IMG/VR virus record: IMGVR_UViG_2698536307_000017
Source: a virus
Lineage: Duplodnaviria > Heunggongvirae > Uroviricota > Caudoviricetes
Reading direction: 5' to 3' (one strand)
DNA: 5,347 nt
Below the pieces are notes generated by a model. The model saw only the letters and a list, made by a program, of their open reading frames with translations. It was not told where the DNA came from and did no database searches. Positions within the stretch are counted from its first letter, which is position 1. Every line of letters starts with the position of its first letter. The position numbers and the translations under genes are program-made. Below, one piece after another: positions 1-5,347 of the stretch.

Positions 1-93
1 CCTGGCACGGCTGGGACGGAAGTCGCTGTCGTTCTCAAAATCGGTGGAGCTGCATGACAAAGTCATCGGGCATTATCTGAACATAAAACACTA

Positions 94-189
94 TCAATAA
101 GTTGGAGTCATTACCGCTGTGAAGATGATGGGCATACATGATGCGAACAACCAGAACGCAACAAACAAAAACTGCAATGCGTTTTTCAT
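94..189 (-). CDS. hypothetical small hydrophobic protein (31 aa)
   Basis: Below the ORF-track length cutoff; found by hand. Minus-strand ATG at 189..187 is preceded by a perfect AGGAGG (plus 194..199) with a 4-nt spacer; stop TGA at 96..94. Translation [31 protein letters not shown] has one hydrophobic segment and a signal/lipobox-like LFASC. No homolog recognised. Confidence 0.3.
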
Positions 190-727
190 TATTCCTCCTA
201 CAATCAATGTGCAATTACATTTAAACACACCTCAATTTGGCCGGACATATAAATATCTAAACCAGAAAAAATCACTTACATAGCGTTACAAACTCTTTAG
301 TCTAAAGGTTCATCGTAAAACATTCCCCATACTTATCAGTCCGTTCCGCGCCAGGTAGCTCATTGCCTTATCTGGCAACCTGTAATCAGGTTTCCGCTTT
401 TTCAGTTGGCTGGTCGTTTAACCGACATAGTTAATCCATTAATCTAGTTGCCGGATGTTGGTGGATTTTCGCGTTTTAGTTGTTCATAAAAGTGCACAGC
501 TTTAACCAGTTCTTCTGATGTAACTGGGACTGGTGAGGCAGTGAATAAGGCCTGAATTTGATAGTTCGGCCTGTCGTTACAATCCTCTTTTTTCGGTACA
601 TATTTCCAGTCACCAGACCACTACTTCCCCTGAAAGTCCGTAACGCCTTTTTTCACGTAGCGATATCGCCATGCCACTGGTTTTGCTTGCCCCGCCGTTT
701 CATGCCCTTCCTGATAATTAATCTCGC

Positions 728-1079
728 TCATTCATCGCCCCACTCATCACAATATGCTTCGACCGGAGTTTTTCCCGCTTCATAGTCATCACGCTAGGAT
801 TCGACATCAGCAGCACTTCCACCGCGTAACTCACCATAGTCCATTAATAGTTCATCCCGCTCTTCAAAACTGATGTTATATTTAGCTGAACAAAAATCAG
901 CCACTTTGTTCTTCCTCATCGTCTTTTATTTCGTGGTATGAGTAATTGCAGTAGTTAAAGAAAATTTCTTATGCTCCGTCATGAATTTCCTCAGGTGTTG
1001 CGTCATCGTCCACTTCGAATACATCCTCAAAATCTCCACCAGCTATTCCCGTTTCAATAATAATTTTGAACTTTCGCAT
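728..1079 (-). pseudogene. decayed remnant of an acidic protein-coding gene (fragments in two frames with internal stops)
   Basis: Hand translation of the minus strand. Frame A: ATG 1079..1077, MRKFKIIIETGIAGGDFEDVFEVDDDATPEEIHDGA, TAA at 971..969, then sense codons EIFFNYCNYSYHEIKDDEEEQSG to TGA 899..897. Frame B: MRKNKVADFCSAKYNISFEERDELLMDYGELRGGSAADVES from ATG 919..917, TAG at 796..794, then RDDYEAGKTPVEAYCDEWGDE to TGA 730..728. The same acidic composition in both frames suggests one ancestral ORF broken by a frameshift and nonsense codons. Confidence 0.3.
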
Positions 1080-1086
1080 TTCACTA

Positions 1087-1102
1087 CCGCCCTTTCGGGC
1101 GG
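1087..1102 (-). promoter_or_regulatory. GC-rich stem-loop (CCGCCC-GAAA-GGGCGG on the minus strand) between an AGGAGG and the ATG at 1079
   Basis: Perfect 6-bp G/C stem with a 4-nt loop. On the minus strand the order is AGGAGG (1108..1103), hairpin (1102..1087), 7 nt, ATG (1079..1077). No U-tract follows on either strand, so it is not a canonical intrinsic terminator. Confidence 0.3.
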
Positions 1103-1211
1103 CCTCCTGATGTTCTGAGGGTGCAGAAATCCATCCGGTTAAGGATTAAATTTTATTTACAGAACTGAATTTAATTATTCAGATATACGTATCTGTAGCC
1201 TTACGAATCTA

Positions 1212-1265
1212 CTCACTGGATGCCTCTTTCATAAAAATAATCCAGTGGGTTTTATCGTTTTTTCC
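1212..1265 (+). terminator. putative plus-strand intrinsic terminator-like hairpin with T-tract
   Basis: Stem 1212..1221 (ctcactggat) pairs with 1240..1249 (atccagtggg), 10 bp with one G-U pair, 18-nt loop. It is followed by ttttatcgttttttcc (1250..1265). The large loop lowers confidence. Confidence 0.3.
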
Positions 1266-1303
1266 CTGTTCGTTGACAGATAACAGGTTTTCTGTCTGTC
1301 AGT

Positions 1304-1316
1304 GCCAGAATCTGGC
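1304..1316. repeat. 13-bp perfect palindrome GCCAGAATCTGGC, with nearby short inverted repeats (TGACAG at 1274..1279 / CTGTCA at 1296..1301)
   Basis: Read directly from the sequence; lies immediately 3' of the methyltransferase-like ORF stop. Function unknown; could be a protein-binding site or part of a terminator. Confidence 0.6.
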
Positions 1317-1341
1317 TTACCGGTATTTGCGTTTCATTCCA

Positions 1342-1698
1342 TTAAAAAATCAGAACGCCGTGCGGCCTCAACACCCGAAAGGCTTCTTTAAATCTCTGTC
1401 GCGAATCATCACGCCAGGCATCTTTATTCAGCCGTCCATATTTCTTTCCCATCCAGGCGTTATCACCAACACTCTCAAGATGCGGAGGGTCTAATACAAC
1501 CATCGAAAAAGATGCGTCTGCAAATGATAATGCACGAAAATCTGCGATAATGTCAGGGCTGATAATCAAGCGTCTCCCATTGCGTAATGTGTATCCTTCT
1601 TTTCTGATATCGCTGAATATCGCCCGTTCGTCAGACTTATCGAACCAGAACATGCGGCTGCCACAGCACATATCAAGAATGGTTGCCGGTGCACTCAC
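1342..1698 (-). CDS. class I SAM-dependent methyltransferase-like protein (amino-methyltransferase type, DPPH motif), short and probably truncated or decayed
   Basis: 118-aa ORF from the track. Motif I-like ILDMCCGSR (aa 7-15), acidic end of strand 2 (AIFSD), motif IV tetrapeptide D-P-P-H (aa 70-73, nt 1480..1491), then FRVLRPHGVLIF. Start is GTG at 1698..1696, overlapping the upstream ORF stop as GTGA. It is too short for a complete methyltransferase fold; after TAA 1344..1342 the frame stays open for 29 more sense codons to TAA 1254..1252. Confidence 0.5.
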   Translation of the reverse strand: MSAPATILDMCCGSRMFWFDKSDERAIFSDIRKEGYTLRNGRRLIISPDIIADFRALSFADASFSMVVLDPPHLESVGDNAWMGKKYGRLNKDAWRDDSRQRFKEAFRVLRPHGVLIF

Positions 1699-1961
1699 TG
1701 CGCCACGTCCTGAAAATTACCCTGATAGAAAGCCAGTATGCGCTGCATAACTTCGCTCTTCCGGCACTCGCGACAGATTATGTTTAGGCGACTGTCGTAG
1801 CGACGTATTTCTCCGTCAGGTGATGACCAGATAAGGTCCGGATCAACCACAGCAGGTTTCTTCACCTTTGCCCTCGAGAGTTTTTTGCGGGCGTTTTGCC
1901 AGTCCTTACGCGCCTGTTCAGAGGGGAATAACCCGTATCCGGAGCTTAAGTTGCACGCCAT
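1695..1961 (-). CDS. hypothetical protein (88 aa from ATG 1961, or 56 aa from GTG 1865 with a GAGGG Shine-Dalgarno)
   Basis: ORF-track ORF whose stop overlaps the methyltransferase GTG start by 4 nt. ATG 1961 has no Shine-Dalgarno; the in-frame GTG at 1865..1863 has GAGGG 5 nt upstream. No motif recognised beyond a single CxxC (CRECRK). It may instead be the frameshifted N-terminal part of the methyltransferase. Confidence 0.3.
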   Translation of the reverse strand: MACNLSSGYGLFPSEQARKDWQNARKKLSRAKVKKPAVVDPDLIWSSPDGEIRRYDSRLNIICRECRKSEVMQRILAFYQGNFQDVAQ

Positions 1962-2019
1962 TGGGTGGGTTAAGCATAAATGTATTCCTGGTGCTAAATG
2001 GCCCGAAATTCAGGCAGAG

Positions 2020-3918
2020 ATGCGCATCTGGAAAAAACGTCGCGAAGGTGAACGCAAGGAAACCGGAAAATACACGTCTGTTGTTGATCTCGCCCGCGCC
2101 AGAGCCAATCAACAGTACACTGAAAATTCAACAGGAAAAATCAGCCCGGTCATTGCTGCCATTCATCGCGAATACAAGCAGACATGGAAAACACTGGATG
2201 ACGAACTGGCCTACGCTCTCTGGCCTAGTGATGTGGATGCCGGAAACATTGACGGCAGCATCCATCGCTGGGCAAAAAAAGAAGTTATCGACAACGACCG
2301 CGAAGACTGGAAGCGTATCTCGGCATCAATGCGCAAACAGCCTGATGCCCTTCGCTACGACCGCCAAACTATTTTTGGCCTTGTCCGTGAGCGTCCGATC
2401 GACATTCACAAAGATCCCGTAGCACTGAACAAATATATCTGCGAATACCTGACGACAAAGGGCGTGTTTGAGAATGAAGAAACAGACCTGGGCACTGTTG
2501 ATGTTCTCCAGTCATCAGAAACACAAACTGATGCAGTGGAAACTGAGGTATCTGATATCCCAAAAAATGAAACCGCGCCGGAAGCTGAACCATCTGTAGA
2601 GCGTGAGGGGCCGTTCTATTTCCTCTTCGCAGATAAGGACGGAGAAAAATACGGTCGCGCAAACAAACTCTCTGGTCTGGATAAGGCACTGGCTGCTGGC
2701 GCCACTGAAATCACAAAAGAAGAATATTTTGCCCGAAAAAATGGCACATACACGGGCTTACCGCAAAATGTAGATACCGCTGAAGATTCAGAACAACCAG
2801 AGCCGATAAAAGTTACCGCTGACGAAGTAAACAAAATTATGCAGGCAGCCAATATCAGCCAGCCTGACGCCGATAAGTTGCTTGCTGCATCACGTGGTGA
2901 ATTTGTTGAAGGGATTAGTGACCCGAATGATCCGAAATGGGTTAAGGGGCTCCAGACCCGCGATTCTGTGAACCAGAACCAGCATGAATCGGAACGGAAC
3001 TACCAAAAAGCGGAACAAAACAGTCCAAATGCGTTACAAAACGAGCCAGAAACGAAACAGCCTGAACCAGTAGCGCAACAGGAAGTGGAAAAAGTCTGCA
3101 CCGCCTGCGGTCAGACCGGCGGCGGCAACTGCCCTGATTGTGGCGCGGTGATGGGCGACGCAACATACCAAGAAACATTCGATGAAGAGTATCAGGTTGA
3201 AGTTCAGGAAGATGATCCGGAGGAAATGGAAGGCGCTGAACATCCACACAAGGAGAACACTGGCGGCAATCAGCATCACAATAGCGATAATGAAACTGGC
3301 GAGACGGCAGATCACCCAATTAAGGTGAACGGTCATCACGAAATCACATCCACCAGCAGGACGTGTGACCATCTAATGATCGACCTTGAAACCATGGGAA
3401 AAAATCCTGATGCCCCGATCATCTCAATAGGTGCAATATTTTTCGATCCGCAAACCGGAGATATGGGACCGGAATTTAGTAAGACTATCGATCTGGAAAC
3501 TGCTGGCGGAGTCATTGATCGGGACACCATTAAATGGTGGCTTAAGCAATCACGCGAAGCGCAATCTGCCATTATGACCGATGAAATCCCGTTAGATGAT
3601 GCACTGTTACAATTGCGAGAATTTATCGACGAAAACTCCGGTGAATTTTTTGTTCAGGTTTGGGGAAATGGAGCCAACTTCGACAACACGATTTTGCGCC
3701 GTTCATACGAACGGCAGGGGATCCCCTGCCCGTGGCGTTACTACAACGATCGCGATGTACGCACAATCGTTGAGCTGGGGAAAGCCATAGACTTCGATGC
3801 CAGAACGGCTATTCCATTCGAAGGTGAGCGCCATAATGCACTTGATGACGCCCGTTACCAGGCAAAATACGTTTCAGTTATCTGGCAAAAACTGATCCCG
3901 AGTCAGGCTGATTCTTAA
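2020..3918 (+). CDS. RecE-like (exonuclease VIII N-terminal-like) protein fused to a C-terminal DEDDh (DnaQ-like) 3'-5' exonuclease domain
   Basis: Long ORF from the track (677 codons from TTG 1885). In-frame start candidates are TTG 1885, TTG 1951 (GGAG 6 nt upstream) and ATG 2020; I prefer ATG 2020 because the translation upstream of it is Cys/Trp-rich and not protein-like. The C-terminal domain (nt 3376..3915) carries all three DEDDh motifs: Exo I D-x-E in MIDLETMG, Exo II GNGANFD (3664..3684), Exo III H-N-A-L-D-D (3832..3849). Upstream are acidic linkers and a Cys4 knuckle C-x2-C-x7-C-x2-C (3097..3141). The segment DADKLLAASRGEFVEGISDPNDPKWVKG and the Cys cluster match my recollection of the RecE N-terminal region; this is unverified. 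Confidence 0.85.
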   Translation: MRIWKKRREGERKETGKYTSVVDLARARANQQYTENSTGKISPVIAAIHREYKQTWKTLDDELAYALWPSDVDAGNIDGSIHRWAKKEVIDNDREDWKRISASMRKQPDALRYDRQTIFGLVRERPIDIHKDPVALNKYICEYLTTKGVFENEETDLGTVDVLQSSETQTDAVETEVSDIPKNETAPEAEPSVEREGPFYFLFADKDGEKYGRANKLSGLDKALAAGATEITKEEYFARKNGTYTGLPQNVDTAEDSEQPEPIKVTADEVNKIMQAANISQPDADKLLAASRGEFVEGISDPNDPKWVKGLQTRDSVNQNQHESERNYQKAEQNSPNALQNEPETKQPEPVAQQEVEKVCTACGQTGGGNCPDCGAVMGDATYQETFDEEYQVEVQEDDPEEMEGAEHPHKENTGGNQHHNSDNETGETADHPIKVNGHHEITSTSRTCDHLMIDLETMGKNPDAPIISIGAIFFDPQTGDMGPEFSKTIDLETAGGVIDRDTIKWWLKQSREAQSAIMTDEIPLDDALLQLREFIDENSGEFFVQVWGNGANFDNTILRRSYERQGIPCPWRYYNDRDVRTIVELGKAIDFDARTAIPFEGERHNALDDARYQAKYVSVIWQKLIPSQADS

Positions 3919-3929
3919 TGTTCAACTGT

Positions 3930-3961
3930 CGCCGGTTGTGACTGGTATTCTGCAACCGGCG
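3930..3961 (+). promoter_or_regulatory. stem-loop in the exonuclease-xis intergenic region
   Basis: cgccggttg (3930..3938) pairs with caaccggcg (3953..3961): 9-bp stem, 14-nt loop, 12 nt after the exonuclease stop and 30 nt before the xis ATG. No T-tract follows, so it is not a classical terminator. Confidence 0.3.
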
Positions 3962-3990
3962 CTCGTCTGATGTAAGAGATAAAGAAATCG

Positions 3991-4242
3991 ATGAGCGAAG
4001 TAATCATGATTGTCTCTCCCGGCAAATGGGTATCCGAAGAGCAGTTAATTGCGCTGAAAGGAATAAAAAAAGGTACGTTAAAAAAGGCCCGGGAAAAATC
4101 GTTTATGGAAGGAAGGGAATATAAGCATGTCGCTCATGACGGTATGCCATGGGATAACAGTCCATGCTTTTACAACCTGGAAGAAATTGATCGCTGGATT
4201 GAGCGCCAGGCATCAGCGAGACCAAGACGTCATCTTACTTGA
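3991..4242 (+). CDS. xis: excisionase-like protein (lambdoid prophage putative Xis, DUF1233-type)
   Basis: 83-aa ORF immediately upstream of and co-directional with the integrase. Small basic protein with the GREY...W...EEIDRWI pattern I associate with putative excisionases of Rac-type prophages. The assignment rests on position and pattern memory. Confidence 0.65.
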   Translation: MSEVIMIVSPGKWVSEEQLIALKGIKKGTLKKAREKSFMEGREYKHVAHDGMPWDNSPCFYNLEEIDRWIERQASARPRRHLT

Positions 4243-4276
4243 CTAAAAGCCACACTAACTAATGAGAGAAGTTGAA

Positions 4277-5335
4277 ATGAAATATCCGACAGGCGTGGAA
4301 AACCATGGAGGGAAATTACGTATCTGGTTTGTTTATAAAGACGTAAGAGTCAGGGAAAATCTGGGGGTTCCTGACACAGCAAAAAACAGGCGCGTTGCAG
4401 GTGAACTACGCTCCTCTGTTTGTTACGCAATAAAAACTGGTGTTTTCGACTATGCAAAACAGTTTCCCTCCTCACGCAATCTGGAAAAATTTGGTGAGGC
4501 CCGACAAGATTTAACCATAAAAGAACTGGCTGAAAAATTTCTGGCACTGAAAGAAACTGAAGTCGCCAAAACATCACTCAACACATACCGTGCCGTCATC
4601 AAAAATATCCTGAGCATAATCGGTGAAAAAAATCTTGCCTCATCGATTAATAAAGAAAAATTACTGGAGGTTCGTAAAGAGTTACTGACTGGATACCAGA
4701 TCCCCAAAAGTAACTATATTGTTACACAACCAGGGAGATCGGCTGTAACTGTAAATAATTACATGACAAATCTTAACGCCGTGTTCCAGTTTGGTGTTGA
4801 TAACGGTTACCTGGCAGATAATCCGTTTAAGGGGATCTCGCCATTAAAGGAATCAAGAACCATTCCGGATCCTCTTTCGCGGGAAGAATTTATCCGTCTT
4901 ATCGATGCGTGCAGAAATCAGCAAGCAAAAAATTTATGGTGTGTTTCTGTTTATACTGGAGTTCGCCCTGGTGAGCTGTGTGCACTTGGATGGGAGGACA
5001 TAGATCTGAAAAATGGAACAATGATGATCAGGAGAAATTTAGCAAAAGACCGTTTCACGGTACCAAAAACACAGGCGGGAACCAATCGGGTCATTCATCT
5101 TATTAAGCCAGCAATCGACGCTCTCCGGAGTCAGATGACATTAACGAGACTGAGCAAAGAGCATATCATTGATGTTCACCTCAGAGAGTATGGCAGAACA
5201 GAAAAACAAAAATGCACCTTTGTTTTGGAAGGTGCGAATAAGCAGGTCATTTCTTCCCAAGCTGACTCGCTGATTAAAATTTCTCGGATCTGGGCCGATT
5301 TTTTTCCCGCAAACACATCGAATCAGCCTATTTAG
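4277..5335 (+). CDS. int: phage integrase (tyrosine recombinase, lambda-type with N-terminal arm-binding domain), apparently C-terminally truncated
   Basis: N-terminus MKYPTGVENHGGKLRIWFVYKDVRVRE is an arm-type DNA-binding domain as in IntR-like integrases. Core box YTGVRPGELCALGWEDIDL holds the conserved Arg; the beta-hairpin Lys lies in VPKTQAGTNRVIHL. The ORF stops at TAG 5333..5335 with no HxxR, second His or catalytic Tyr. The track ORF starts at ATG 4262; ATG 4277 has a purine-rich GAGAGAAG upstream and matches the usual start of the family. Confidence 0.8.
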   Translation: MKYPTGVENHGGKLRIWFVYKDVRVRENLGVPDTAKNRRVAGELRSSVCYAIKTGVFDYAKQFPSSRNLEKFGEARQDLTIKELAEKFLALKETEVAKTSLNTYRAVIKNILSIIGEKNLASSINKEKLLEVRKELLTGYQIPKSNYIVTQPGRSAVTVNNYMTNLNAVFQFGVDNGYLADNPFKGISPLKESRTIPDPLSREEFIRLIDACRNQQAKNLWCVSVYTGVRPGELCALGWEDIDLKNGTMMIRRNLAKDRFTVPKTQAGTNRVIHLIKPAIDALRSQMTLTRLSKEHIIDVHLREYGRTEKQKCTFVLEGANKQVISSQADSLIKISRIWADFFPANTSNQPI

Positions 5336-5347
5336 GCTATTTTTTCC

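Noticed and set aside
1-66. Possible minus-strand ORF starting at ATG 66..64 ([22 protein letters not shown]...) and running off the left edge
   Set aside because: No Shine-Dalgarno, only 22 codons visible and no recognisable motif. Cannot be supported from this window, though it could form an operon with the 31-codon ORF.
121-294. Plus-strand Asn-rich small ORF ([16 protein letters not shown]...)
   Set aside because: Low-complexity translation with no Shine-Dalgarno; it is the mirror of the minus-strand hydrophobic ORF region.
377-404. Short hairpin (aacctg-taat-caggtt) followed by tccgctttttc
   Set aside because: The 6-bp A/T-containing stem is weak and there is no adjacent gene; likely coincidental.
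558-785. Plus-strand 75-aa ORF from the track
   Set aside because: Starts on TTG and is F/P/H-rich with no protein-like pattern. It lies antisense to the decayed minus-strand fragments, so most likely a chance open frame.
797-804. tRNA T-loop-like GGATTCGA motif
   Set aside because: No acceptor stem, anticodon arm or CCA context can be built around it; it lies inside the decayed coding remnant.
1036-1043. Chi site (GCTGGTGG on the minus strand)
   Set aside because: A single occurrence in 5.3 kb is about the chance expectation for E. coli-like DNA; no evidence of special significance.
1273-1750. Plus-strand ORFs 1273..1494 and 1550..1750
   Set aside because: Both are antisense to the methyltransferase-like ORF, which has recognisable motifs; their translations are low-complexity.
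1868-3790. Alternative-frame and antisense ORFs overlapping the exonuclease gene (1868..2422 +, 1918..2112 -, 2369..2689 -, 2616..2852 -, 2942..3319 -, 3034..3372 -, 3336..3572 -, 3596..3790 +)
   Set aside because: They are entirely embedded in a long ORF with clear domain motifs. Their translations are Ser/Arg/Cys-rich or hydrophobic nonsense, typical of shadow frames in a coding sequence.
4350-4707. Minus-strand ORFs 4350..4577 and 4450..4707
   Set aside because: Antisense shadow ORFs inside the integrase gene.
1-5347. CRISPR arrays, IS-element terminal inverted repeats, rRNA genes
   Set aside because: No regularly spaced direct repeats, no recognisable IS ends or transposase motifs, and no rRNA-like sequence were seen on either strand.

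Overview
This window reads as the integrase-proximal end of a lambdoid (Rac-like) prophage or prophage remnant in an enterobacterial-looking genome. No searches were run; all homology statements come from motifs visible in the translations and from memory. The right 3.4 kb (plus strand) holds three co-directional genes. The first is a long ORF whose C-terminal ~180 aa is a clear DEDDh (DnaQ-like) 3'-5' exonuclease domain; its N-terminal two thirds are acidic and partly low-complexity with a Cys4 knuckle, and I believe they resemble the dispensable N-terminal region of RecE (exonuclease VIII). It is followed by an excisionase-like gene and a tyrosine integrase whose ORF stops before the catalytic HxxR/Tyr block. 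The left 2 kb holds a short minus-strand methyltransferase-like ORF overlapping an upstream small ORF, then ~1.3 kb with no intact long ORF. That stretch contains decayed protein-like fragments, several hairpins and palindromes, and a 31-codon hydrophobic ORF with a perfect AGGAGG Shine-Dalgarno. I saw no rRNA, tRNA, CRISPR array or recognisable IS end. The most interesting candidate is the exonuclease chimera sitting where lambdoid phages normally carry exo/bet or recE/recT.
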